DNA of 64,000 nt from the NCBI GenBank assembly GCA_031291825.1, contig JARLIG010000008.1, positions 5,674 to 69,673 of the forward strand, given 5' to 3'. The notes under the pieces were generated by a model, which was not told the DNA's origin, made no database searches, and saw nothing but the letters and a program-made list of their open reading frames with translations. Positions within the stretch are counted from its first letter, which is position 1. Every line of letters starts with the position of its first letter. Of the stretch, positions 26,940 through 35,749 are shown one piece after another. The stretch is from Minisyncoccota bacterium (GTDB lineage Bacteria; Patescibacteriota; Minisyncoccia; Phycocordibacterales; UBA9973). The translations under genes and the position numbers were made by a program.

Positions 26940-28127
26940 TTGGGGTATAATGGGTATATGGAACCTCTAGCTTCAAAAATACGCCCGAAAGTTTTAAAGG
27001 ATTTTATCGGCCAAGAGCATCTCGTGGGTGCTGGAAAGCCTTTGCGTATCGCAATAGAAAAGAAACATTTGTTTTCTTTTCTTCTTTGGGGTCCGCCAGG
27101 TGTTGGTAAGACGACACTGGCTCGGATGTATGCTGAAGCTCTCGACGCGGACTTTTTTCAGCTTTCTGCCGTTTCGGCGGGGAAGGATGACATTCGAAAA
27201 ATTATCGACCCCGATAGCAGAGCGAAGCTCGCTACGGGGCAGGAGAAGGAAAAAAAGCCCAAAGTACTTTTCTTAGATGAGATACATAGATTCAATAAAA
27301 GCCAGCAAGATTTTCTCTTGCCTTTTGTGGAGTCAGGGGAGTTGACCTTAATCGGCGCGACGACGGAGAATCCGAGTTTTGAAGTTATCTCTCCGCTTCT
27401 TTCACGTTGCCGAGTTTTTGTCTTGAATGAACTTTCAAATGACGAGATGTTGCTCATCATCGCACGAGTGGAAAAAAGTGAAAAAATAAAATTAGATGCC
27501 GCTTCAAAAGATTGGCTCGTAATGATGGCAAACGGCGATGCGCGCCAAGCCATCGCGATGTTCGAAGCCACTTTGCGTTTATATGGAAAAATAAATGTGG
27601 AAAATCTAAAAGAAACTTTGCAGTCAAAATTTTTGCGTTACGACAAAAGAGGCGAAGAGCACTACAACACCATCAGCGCTTTTATTAAAAGCATGCGCGC
27701 CAGCCAGCCTGACGCCGCGCTCTACTATATGTGCAGGATGATTGAATCTGGGGAAGACCCGATTTTTATTGCTCGACGAATGGTGGTTTTTGCGAGTGAA
27801 GATATTGGGCTCGCGGTGCCGACAGCGCTTGTTGTCGCGAACGCGGTTTTTCGTGCGGTGGAAACTATCGGTTTGCCAGAATGCGCGGAGAATTTAGCGC
27901 ACGGCGTGGTTTATTTGTCGCAAGCGAAAAAAGACCGCTCTGCTTATAATGCTTACCTCGCAGCTATGGAAGATGTAAAAAAATTCGGCAATTTGCCTAT
28001 ACCGCTCAATATCCGTAACCCAGTCACGAAGCTCATGAAAGAATTAGATTATGGAAAAGGTTATGAAAAATATACCAAAGAAGACCTTTTGCCCGAGAAA
28101 CTTAAAAAGAAGAAATATTTAAACTAA
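26940..28127 (+). CDS. rarA: Replication-associated recombination protein A (AAA+ ATPase RarA/MgsA)
   Basis: Walker A GPPGVGKTT, Walker B VLFLDEIHRFNKSQQD and sensor motifs. The C-terminal MgsA helical domain is present. Confidence 0.9.
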   Translation: MGYNGYMEPLASKIRPKVLKDFIGQEHLVGAGKPLRIAIEKKHLFSFLLWGPPGVGKTTLARMYAEALDADFFQLSAVSAGKDDIRKIIDPDSRAKLATGQEKEKKPKVLFLDEIHRFNKSQQDFLLPFVESGELTLIGATTENPSFEVISPLLSRCRVFVLNELSNDEMLLIIARVEKSEKIKLDAASKDWLVMMANGDARQAIAMFEATLRLYGKINVENLKETLQSKFLRYDKRGEEHYNTISAFIKSMRASQPDAALYYMCRMIESGEDPIFIARRMVVFASEDIGLAVPTALVVANAVFRAVETIGLPECAENLAHGVVYLSQAKKDRSAYNAYLAAMEDVKKFGNLPIPLNIRNPVTKLMKELDYGKGYEKYTKEDLLPEKLKKKKYLN

Positions 28128-28150
28128 TTTTAAAATGTTATAATGGGTGC

Positions 28151-29338
28151 ATGGAAAAGAAAAGATTTTTAGGTGTGGACCCGGACGTTGTCAGGTTGGG
28201 GTGGGTGAGCTTTTTGACAGATATCAGTTCGGAAGCAATTTTTTCTGTTTTCTCTATATTTTTCACAGTTATTTTAGGTGCTTCGGCGGCGTTGCTTGGG
28301 CTAGTGGAAGGGTTTGCCGATTTTTCGGCATCTTCACTCGATTATCTTTCTGGTTGGCTCTCGGATAAATCTGGTAAAAGAAAACCGCTTGCATTGATTG
28401 GTTATGGTTTTTCCACTTTAGCCAAAGCGATACTATTAGTGGCGACATCAGTCTCAGCGCTTGCTGCTTTTCGTATCATTGAACGTCTAGGGAAAAGTTT
28501 CCGTGGTCCGCCGAGAGATGCTTGGCTCGCTTCTGTCGCCGAAGAATCAAATAAAGGTTACGCTTTTGGTTTGCACAATGCGATGGATAAAGCAGGCGCA
28601 ATTTTGGGGCCACTCGTCGCTTACTTTTTACTTTTATGGATGGGGCAGGGTATGGGCACTTTTAAATTAATTTTTATTATCTCAATGTGTGGCGCAGTTG
28701 CGGCGGTTTTGGTTTTATTTTTCATGAAAGACCGCCCGGGAGCAACGCATGAAAAAGAAAATATTTTTAAAGCTTGGAAAACTTTGAGTGCTGGATTTAA
28801 AAGATATTTAGTTTCAGCTGGGATTTTTTCTTTAGCTTATTTCAGCTTTGGTTTTCTTTTGCTTAAAGCTTACAAAATCGGTTTTTCGATTAAAGATGTC
28901 GTTTTACTTTATGCGCTTTTCAATACTTCTTTTGTGGCGCTGTCAGTACCAATAGGGAAGCTGGGAGATTTTATTGGAAGAAAATATATCATTGTTTTGG
29001 AATATCTTATTTACATAACGATGTCCCTCGGTTTCGTTTTTGCCAAATCAAAAGCAGAAGTGATTATTTTATTTTTGATGTTTGGAATTTTTTACAGTAT
29101 CGATGAAGCACAAAGTAAAGTTTTTATCACTGACATCGAAAAAGATAGGCGAGCGACGGCTATCGGGATGTATAATTTTGTGACTGGTTTGATTTATCTG
29201 CCGGCGTCAGCTATTGCGGGATTCCTGTGGATTTTAAATCCAGCTTACGCTTTCATCTTTGCTGCCGCGGTGACCTTTATCGCGATGTGTGTATTTATTG
29301 TCCTTAAATCTTGGCGTAAACCAATATTATCAATATGA
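28151..29338 (+). CDS. MFS transporter
   Basis: 395 aa, 12 predicted TMs, and an MFS loop motif (GWLSDKSGKRKPL). Confidence 0.8.
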   Translation: MEKKRFLGVDPDVVRLGWVSFLTDISSEAIFSVFSIFFTVILGASAALLGLVEGFADFSASSLDYLSGWLSDKSGKRKPLALIGYGFSTLAKAILLVATSVSALAAFRIIERLGKSFRGPPRDAWLASVAEESNKGYAFGLHNAMDKAGAILGPLVAYFLLLWMGQGMGTFKLIFIISMCGAVAAVLVLFFMKDRPGATHEKENIFKAWKTLSAGFKRYLVSAGIFSLAYFSFGFLLLKAYKIGFSIKDVVLLYALFNTSFVALSVPIGKLGDFIGRKYIIVLEYLIYITMSLGFVFAKSKAEVIILFLMFGIFYSIDEAQSKVFITDIEKDRRATAIGMYNFVTGLIYLPASAIAGFLWILNPAYAFIFAAAVTFIAMCVFIVLKSWRKPILSI

Positions 29339-30006
29339 GTCTAAACATCAAAACAACTACAGACGAAGGAGAGGTGGCGAATTTTGTCGCTTCGGCGGTG
29401 CTTGATAAATTGCAATCAGGCAAGTGTGTTTTACTTTTTTTAACTGGCGGTTCTTCTATTTCTATTGGCGTAAAAATTGCCGATATCTTAAAACAAAAAG
29501 ATAAGAATTTACTAAAAAATTTAGTAGTTACTTTAACCGACGAAAGGTATGGTCCGGTGGACCACTTTAATTCAAACTTTTTTCAACTCACCGAAAAAGG
29601 TTTTTCATTGCCGAATGCAAAAATTATTCCTGTTTTAATTGACGATGATCGCAATATCACCACGGAAAAATTTGCGATACATCTTAATGAAGAATTCACC
29701 AAAGCGGAGTATAAAATAGGTCTGTTCGGTGTTGGCGTAGATGGTCACACCGCAGGAATTTTGCCGAATTCGGAAGCGACGCACGCGGATAAATTGGCTT
29801 TCACCTATGACACGGCGACATTTTCCAGAATCACGATGACTTTTAAGGCGATAGAGAAACTGGACGAAGCAGTTGTTTGGATGCAGGGCAAAGAAAAATG
29901 GCCTATAATAGAAGACCTTAAGACAGAGATAGATATCATAAAGCAACCAGCGCAAATTTTGAAAAAAGTTACATTATTAACAATCTTTAGTGATTACAAA
30001 AATTAA
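29335..30006 (+). CDS. pgl: 6-phosphogluconolactonase (NagB/Pgl family)
   Basis: LLFLTGGSS...FGVGVDGHTAGILPNS. It is the first gene of the pgl-gnd-zwf cluster. Confidence 0.7.
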   Translation: MSLNIKTTTDEGEVANFVASAVLDKLQSGKCVLLFLTGGSSISIGVKIADILKQKDKNLLKNLVVTLTDERYGPVDHFNSNFFQLTEKGFSLPNAKIIPVLIDDDRNITTEKFAIHLNEEFTKAEYKIGLFGVGVDGHTAGILPNSEATHADKLAFTYDTATFSRITMTFKAIEKLDEAVVWMQGKEKWPIIEDLKTEIDIIKQPAQILKKVTLLTIFSDYKN

Positions 30007-30011
30007 AAAAC

Positions 30012-30920
30012 ATGAAAATAGCGATTGATGGTTTGGGAAAAATGGGAGCACAGATTGCGAAAAAATTGCATGAAGGTGGGCATGAGGTGATTGTTTACAA
30101 TCGCAGTCCAAAATCTATCGATGAGATGGCTGCTTTGGGGATGAAACCAGCTTACGAAAAGGAAGATGTGGCAAAATATTTTGAAGGCGAGCAAGCGATT
30201 CTGTGGATAATGATACCATCTGATGCTGTTGACCAAGAGTTAGCGGAGTGGATGAAAATTTTACCGAAAGATAGTATTTTAATCGACGGAGGAAACTCTG
30301 ATTTTCGTCTGACGAAAAAACGCGCAGAATTAGTTGCACAAAGTGGCTCTGTTTTAATGGACGTCGGCACGAGTGGGGGAGTTTGGGGTTATCAAAACGG
30401 ATTTTGTATGATGGCGGGTGGAGATGCTGAAACTTTTAAAAAGATTGAATCGATTTTAAAAACATTAAAAAATCCTACTGGTGACTATCGCTATTTTGGA
30501 GAATCTGGCGCGGGGCATTATGTGAAAATGACGCACAATGCAATTGAGTATGGAATGATGGAAAGTTTGGCAGAGGGTTATCGTCTTTTAAAGGAAGGTC
30601 CGTATAAAAATTTGGATTTAGTTTCTGCCGGAGAAGTTTGGCAACATCATAGTGTCATAACTTCTTGGTTGAATGAGTTGACAGTCGGTGCTTTGAAAGA
30701 AAATTCAGAATTAAAAGATGTGGAAGGTGTGGTCGTAGAGTCTGGCGAAGCGCGTTTTGCATTAGAAGTTGGTAAAGAGTTTCAAATAGAAATGCCTTCT
30801 ATTCAAAGTGCTTTTGATGTACGAATTGCTTCACAAAAAGGAAAAATTAATTTTGCGACTAAATTATTGGCTTTGATGCGTAATGCTTTTGGCGGACATA
30901 AAATAAATGAACAAAAATAA
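30012..30920 (+). CDS. gnd: 6-phosphogluconate dehydrogenase, decarboxylating (short form)
   Basis: Rossmann motif IDGLGKMGAQIA and GESGAGHYVKMTHNAIEYGMM. Confidence 0.8.
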   Translation: MKIAIDGLGKMGAQIAKKLHEGGHEVIVYNRSPKSIDEMAALGMKPAYEKEDVAKYFEGEQAILWIMIPSDAVDQELAEWMKILPKDSILIDGGNSDFRLTKKRAELVAQSGSVLMDVGTSGGVWGYQNGFCMMAGGDAETFKKIESILKTLKNPTGDYRYFGESGAGHYVKMTHNAIEYGMMESLAEGYRLLKEGPYKNLDLVSAGEVWQHHSVITSWLNELTVGALKENSELKDVEGVVVESGEARFALEVGKEFQIEMPSIQSAFDVRIASQKGKINFATKLLALMRNAFGGHKINEQK

Positions 30921-31929
30921 TGATACAACCTTTATAATTTTTGGTGCCTCAGGAGATCTGGCTAAGCGTTATATATTGCCAGCGCTTCAAAACATGGATT
31001 TCCAAGGTGAGATTGTACCCATTTCTCGTAAAGATTATGGAAATTTAAAGAATCTAATTAGAGGAGATGGAGAAAAAATTTTTCATCTGGCGGTGCCTCC
31101 AGAAGCTGTGTCGGATGTCGTAAAATTAATTAGTGATAATTTTAGCGGAGACAAAATAAAAATAATGCTTGAGAAACCCTTTGGCAGAGATTTAGAATCT
31201 GCCAGGGTGTTGATTGAGCATATTGATAAATATTTTTCAGAGAATCAGATTTATCGAACCGACCATTATTTAGCAAAGCAGTCACTAGAGAGGGTGGTGA
31301 ATGAAAATTGGGAAAAAAAAGGAATTAGCAAGATAGAAATTATTGCCAGTGAGAAAATAGACATAGAAGGCAGAGTTAATTTTTATGAACAGACTGGAGC
31401 GTTGAAAGATTTTTTACAAAGCCATCTACTGGAAATGCTTGCCGTAGTGCTTTCTCAGTCATTTAATGAATCTCGTCGCTATGATGCCTTAAAGAATCTT
31501 CAGATAGTTTGCGATATAAAAAAACATGAGTGCGTAAAAAGAGGGCAGTATGAAGGATATCGCAAGGAGGTTGATAATGAGGAAAGTATGACGGAAACTT
31601 TTGTTTCGGTTAATATAATTTCACAAGACCCACAATGGCTTGGAGTGCCGATGGTTCTTTCTACCGGTAAAGCTTTATCAGAAAAATTTACGGAGATAAG
31701 AATCGAATACAAAGATAGCAGTAAAAAAGTTTTTAGTATCGAGCATGAGCCCGATGCTTACGGGCGAGTTATTAGAGCCGTTCTCGAAGGTAATCATGAC
31801 TTATTCATTGGCAGTGGTGAAATTCTAGAGACTTGGAGAATATTGGATTCCATCCAGCAATCTTGGAAAAATTCCAAAGAAAATTTAATCATCTATAAAA
31901 AAGGGAGTGCTGTTAATGAAATATTATGA
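30907..31929 (+). CDS. zwf: Glucose-6-phosphate dehydrogenase (short form)
   Basis: IFGASGDLAKRYILPAL is the NADP-binding motif, and RTDHYLAKQ matches the catalytic RIDHYLGKE motif. Confidence 0.7.
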   Translation: MNKNNDTTFIIFGASGDLAKRYILPALQNMDFQGEIVPISRKDYGNLKNLIRGDGEKIFHLAVPPEAVSDVVKLISDNFSGDKIKIMLEKPFGRDLESARVLIEHIDKYFSENQIYRTDHYLAKQSLERVVNENWEKKGISKIEIIASEKIDIEGRVNFYEQTGALKDFLQSHLLEMLAVVLSQSFNESRRYDALKNLQIVCDIKKHECVKRGQYEGYRKEVDNEESMTETFVSVNIISQDPQWLGVPMVLSTGKALSEKFTEIRIEYKDSSKKVFSIEHEPDAYGRVIRAVLEGNHDLFIGSGEILETWRILDSIQQSWKNSKENLIIYKKGSAVNEIL

Positions 31930-31939
31930 GTGAAATTTT

Positions 31940-33055
31940 ATGATTGCGATTTTTGTTCTCGTCATTTCAATATTTCTCGGACTGATGCATCTCATTATTT
32001 ATGAGGCACTTATTTCACTTTTTACTTTATCCACGACAGGGCAATTAATTCTCGGAATTATTCTAGTGGTGCTATGTTTTAGTTTTGTTTTGTCTTCGGT
32101 TTTTAATTTTAATTTCAATAATTTATTTACCAGAATTTATTATCGTATATCGGCGGCATGGCTCGGGATGGCTTTTTATTTGTTTCTAGTTTCTTGTCTG
32201 TATGTTTTAGCCCTTTCGGTTTTACCGACTTCTAGCGTGTCTATTTTGAACAATTTCGGAATTTTATTTTTTGCCTTGGCTGTCGTCGTTAGTATTTATG
32301 GTTTTTTTCATGCTCGCAATATTTTAATTAAGAATGTAAATATTGTCTTACCAAATTTGCCCAAAGGTTGGGAAGGTAAAAAAGCCGTTTTTATTAGCGA
32401 TATACATCTAGGCGCAGTCAATGGAGAAAATTTTGCTAAAAAAATTGTCACCAAAATAAATGAGCTCAATCCAGAAATGGTTTTAATCGGTGGAGACCTT
32501 TATGATGGGGTAAAAGTCAATGAATTAGCAATAGTAAAACCATTTGCAGATTTACACCCAACCCTTGGAACATATTTTGTGACAGGTAACCACGAGGAGT
32601 TTCGCGACAATAGCCTTTATCTTAAAGCTATTAGAAATATTGGGATTAGTGTTTTAACCAATGAAATATTAACCATAAACGGTTTACAGCTGGTTGGTGT
32701 AGATGACCGTGATTCGATAAATGCCGAAAAATTTAAAGTTATTCTTGAAAATTTAAAAATTGATAAAAATAAACCAACCATTCTTTTAAAGCACCAGCCA
32801 TTGCAACTTGATATAGCTGAGAAAGCAGGAATAAATTTACAAATTTCTGGGCACACACACAAAGCGCAAGTTTTTCCGCTTAATATTTCCACTCATTTTA
32901 TTTTCAAAGGTTATGATTATGGTTTTCGTATGTTGAAAAAAATGGCTGTTTATACTTCGAGCGGGGTAGGAACTTGGGGTCCGCCACTTCGCGTCGGCTC
33001 CGACAGTGAGATTGTTGTTTTAACTTTTACCACACCAGCTGAACCAAAGAAATAA
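31940..33055 (+). CDS. Membrane-anchored metallophosphoesterase (calcineurin-like)
   Basis: Four N-terminal TMs, then FISDIHLG...GGDLYDG...VTGNHEE...GHTHK, the metallophosphatase motifs. Confidence 0.8.
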   Translation: MIAIFVLVISIFLGLMHLIIYEALISLFTLSTTGQLILGIILVVLCFSFVLSSVFNFNFNNLFTRIYYRISAAWLGMAFYLFLVSCLYVLALSVLPTSSVSILNNFGILFFALAVVVSIYGFFHARNILIKNVNIVLPNLPKGWEGKKAVFISDIHLGAVNGENFAKKIVTKINELNPEMVLIGGDLYDGVKVNELAIVKPFADLHPTLGTYFVTGNHEEFRDNSLYLKAIRNIGISVLTNEILTINGLQLVGVDDRDSINAEKFKVILENLKIDKNKPTILLKHQPLQLDIAEKAGINLQISGHTHKAQVFPLNISTHFIFKGYDYGFRMLKKMAVYTSSGVGTWGPPLRVGSDSEIVVLTFTTPAEPKK

Positions 33056-33659
33056 TTATTACCAAGCAGACTTGAATAATAATATTCATTAAGACAAATG
33101 TGACCGCGAGCATTCCCAAATGATTAAAGAATTGCCAAGGGATAAAGACCAGCAGAATTATCAAAACCCAGACATTTTTTAAATCTTGCACCGATGGACC
33201 AATCATCGCTCCCATATTTAATAATAAAAATATTAAAACCCAATCTTTCCACAGAGTGAGATTGACATGGCTGAGAAATTTAAAGAAATCATTCAGGAAA
33301 AATTTCCAGTTAGTAAATGCCGGCATGATAAACTGATTCGCCAGAAAAAATTTATTGACTAAAAATAAAAAACCTATTCCTCCCAAAATCGGTGCGATAG
33401 AAATAAGTAAATTTCCCAATATCGGAACTTTTGGATTCGAGTAGGTGACTTGTGGCTGAATAGAGATGACTGTGTATTTGTGAATTTTTGCGCCCATCAA
33501 AAGAGCGAGAAGGGCGTGAGAACTTTCATGGATAAATGCTCCGAAATAGTAGAGTAAATGATTTATTTTGTAATTCAAAAAATGCCAGTTGAGCCAATTG
33601 CTGACATATCCGAGTGCGCTAATGATGATAATAATTATTCCGATCGTAAACTCCTGCAT
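33027..33659 (-). CDS. Polytopic membrane protein with an HExxH motif (putative membrane metalloprotease-like)
   Basis: AFIHESSHALLALLMGA lies within a TM region. Confidence 0.45.
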   Translation of the reverse strand: MQEFTIGIIIIIISALGYVSNWLNWHFLNYKINHLLYYFGAFIHESSHALLALLMGAKIHKYTVISIQPQVTYSNPKVPILGNLLISIAPILGGIGFLFLVNKFFLANQFIMPAFTNWKFFLNDFFKFLSHVNLTLWKDWVLIFLLLNMGAMIGPSVQDLKNVWVLIILLVFIPWQFFNHLGMLAVTFVLMNIIIQVCLVIIISLVQLVW

Positions 33660-33712
33660 CTTCTAAGATTAGCATGTTTATCTTTTTATTTTAAATTTGC
33701 TATAATACACTT

Positions 33713-34150
33713 ATGAAAATCGAATGGAACAAAGTAACTTGGTATTCTAAATTAATAGCCGTAATTTTATTTGTCGTGGTTTTTTATTTTGGTTTTTCTT
33801 TAGGTAAAGAAGCAGGGGAAATAGTGCCGACTATTCCGGTGCAAATACCTGTAGTAAAACCTATCAACACTGTCTCTTATTCTTGCGATGCAGGTAAGAC
33901 TATCGTCGCAGCTTTTTATCAAGGAGTAGCTAAACCAGTCGCAGCTGGAGATATGCCTATTCCGACTGGAAGTGTGGTTTTGAAGCTAAGCGATGGACGT
34001 TCCATGACCTTACCACAAACAATTTCCGCAGACGGAGGAAGGTATGCAAACAAAGACGAATCTTTTGTTTTTTGGAGTAAGGGCAATGGAGCTTTTGTAA
34101 CCGAAAGTGACCCAAATATCCAAACTTACAGCAATTGTGTTACAAAATAA
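33713..34150 (+). CDS. MliC-family (membrane-bound lysozyme inhibitor of C-type lysozyme)-like protein
   Basis: TM anchor, then YSCDAGKTIVAAFYQG...LSDGRSMTLPQTISADGGRYANKDESFVFWSKGNGAFVTESD...NCV, which matches the MliC pattern with two Cys. Confidence 0.6.
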   Translation: MKIEWNKVTWYSKLIAVILFVVVFYFGFSLGKEAGEIVPTIPVQIPVVKPINTVSYSCDAGKTIVAAFYQGVAKPVAAGDMPIPTGSVVLKLSDGRSMTLPQTISADGGRYANKDESFVFWSKGNGAFVTESDPNIQTYSNCVTK

Positions 34151-34176
34151 TTAATATTATATAGGTGTGGATAAAC

Positions 34177-34224
34177 CTCCAGACGTTGGACGTCTGTAAG
34201 CTTACAGACGTCCAACGTCTGGAG
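34177..34224. repeat. 48-bp perfect palindrome of the CCAGACGT repeat family (intergenic)
   Basis: CTCCAGACGTTGGACGTCTGTAAGCTTACAGACGTCCAACGTCTGGAG is its own reverse complement. Confidence 0.85.
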
Positions 34225-34324
34225 TCAATGCTTCATGAAATAAATTTCATTGAATCTTCATTTAAGAGGTGTATAATGTGCTAAGCAAAGGTCAAATTAA
34301 CAGTTAATTATTATTAATAAATTT

Positions 34325-34663
34325 ATGGAAAATATGGATAAAAAAGAATGTGGATGCGCAGAAGGTAAGTGTGCTTGTGGTTCTATGGGTCATATGCATG
34401 GTTGTCATGGTGGAATGTATCATCTTCTAAAAGTAGTTTTGAAGATTTTCATCCTAATCATTATCTTTTGGTGTGGATTCCAGCTTGGTCAAGAATCTGG
34501 TTTAATCAAGGCAGAATATGGACGCGCTATGATGATGAGTCAAAGAGGAGGTGCTTCTAATTTTGGAATGATGGGTGGTAATAGTGGTTGGAACAATAAT
34601 ACTTCTGGTGTTATGATTCCAGCAACCAACGCTACTCCTGTAGTGCCAACACCAGCTAAATAA
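34325..34663 (+). CDS. Small Cys/His-rich membrane protein with a Gly/Met-rich tail
   Basis: N-terminus CGCAEGKCACGSMGHMHGCHGGMYH, one TM, then GMMGGNSGWNNN. Confidence 0.45.
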   Translation: MENMDKKECGCAEGKCACGSMGHMHGCHGGMYHLLKVVLKIFILIIIFWCGFQLGQESGLIKAEYGRAMMMSQRGGASNFGMMGGNSGWNNNTSGVMIPATNATPVVPTPAK

Positions 34664-34684
34664 TTTTCAAATTAATATTTGAAT

Positions 34685-34730
34685 AAGATAAAACAAAAAC
34701 CCTCCAATTGGAGGGTTTTTGTTTTATCTT
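34685..34730. terminator. Bidirectional terminator (46-bp perfect palindrome)
   Basis: AAGATAAAACAAAAACCCTCCAATTGGAGGGTTTTTGTTTTATCTT between convergent genes. Confidence 0.75.
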
Positions 34731-34739
34731 ATTAATTAA

Positions 34740-35579
34740 TTAGAAACCGAAGATGTGAGAGAAGAATGAACCAATGGCACCAAAGAATCCCTTTGGTTGT
34801 GGAGTTGTAGCTGTTGTGCTCGTTGATGCTTTTTGATCAATTACGCTTGAGGCGGTAACTGAATTTCCATTTACTGTTCCTTGGACGACGACATTGTCAC
34901 CGACAGCTATATTTGAAATGGTAATGGTTGTTTGTCCTTGGATAATTTTTGCGTTTGTTACATCAACAGTATAGGTCACATTGCTCTTGTTTGTGATAGT
35001 AAGCGTATTACCACTTAAAGAGGTGACTGCTCCAGCAACTACGGGTTGTCCGTTGCCAGTGATTGGTGAAGTCTGGTTTTGACCTGGTTGGCCATTATTA
35101 CTTGCGCCTGGTGTTCTTGCCATAACGCCATCACGAATTGTCGTAGCGACAAGATTGGTTCCGGTTAATGTACCTTGGGCCATAATTGTATCCCCGACAA
35201 CGATGCTAGAGATTGTTCCTGCAGCGTTACTTTTTGTAATCGTTGCATTTGTGGCATCTACTGTGTAAGTGGTGGTTGTAGGAGTGGCACTAGTGGTTGT
35301 TGAACCAGTGGTGTTTGGTCTCATTCCATGGGTACTAGTAATAGTTATGATACTTCCATTTATAGCAGAAACTGTACCGAACACGCTAGGCTTCATCATG
35401 CTCTTCATTCCGCCCATATGACCAGCTCCTCCCCAAGCATGGGGTTGGCCAGCGTACGCGCCATTATTAGGTCCTCCTGTTGGAGTGGTTGTCGTTTGTG
35501 CGAAAGCGGGAACAGCCATAGTTAAAACTGCTAATGCTGCTAAACCTATAAAACTAGAAACATATTTTTTATTTTGCAT
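34740..35579 (-). CDS. Secreted Thr-rich protein with an N-terminal His/Met-rich motif
   Basis: Signal peptide, then GQPHAWGGAGHMGGMKSMMKP, then T/S/G-rich repeats with duplicated VGD.I/V..QGT segments. Confidence 0.5.
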   Translation of the reverse strand: MQNKKYVSSFIGLAALAVLTMAVPAFAQTTTTPTGGPNNGAYAGQPHAWGGAGHMGGMKSMMKPSVFGTVSAINGSIITITSTHGMRPNTTGSTTTSATPTTTTYTVDATNATITKSNAAGTISSIVVGDTIMAQGTLTGTNLVATTIRDGVMARTPGASNNGQPGQNQTSPITGNGQPVVAGAVTSLSGNTLTITNKSNVTYTVDVTNAKIIQGQTTITISNIAVGDNVVVQGTVNGNSVTASSVIDQKASTSTTATTPQPKGFFGAIGSFFSHIFGF

Positions 35580-35749
35580 ATATTAATTAGATTAATTATT
35601 AATTAGTAAACTTAATGAAGTAAACAATATATAACTTATAATAAACAGAATACGACATTTTCTGTGTGCTAATATATACGTGATATGTGAGGTAAATGGT
35701 GCATAACTTTGATGCACCATTTTTAATTATTTTGGCGTATAATATATAT

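Noticed and set aside
28180-28215. Possible degenerate repeat copy at the MFS N-terminus (VDPDVVRLG resembling the repeat-encoded PDVGRLE)
   Set aside because: Only about 15 of 24 nt match and there is no hairpin symmetry. This is most likely coincidence.
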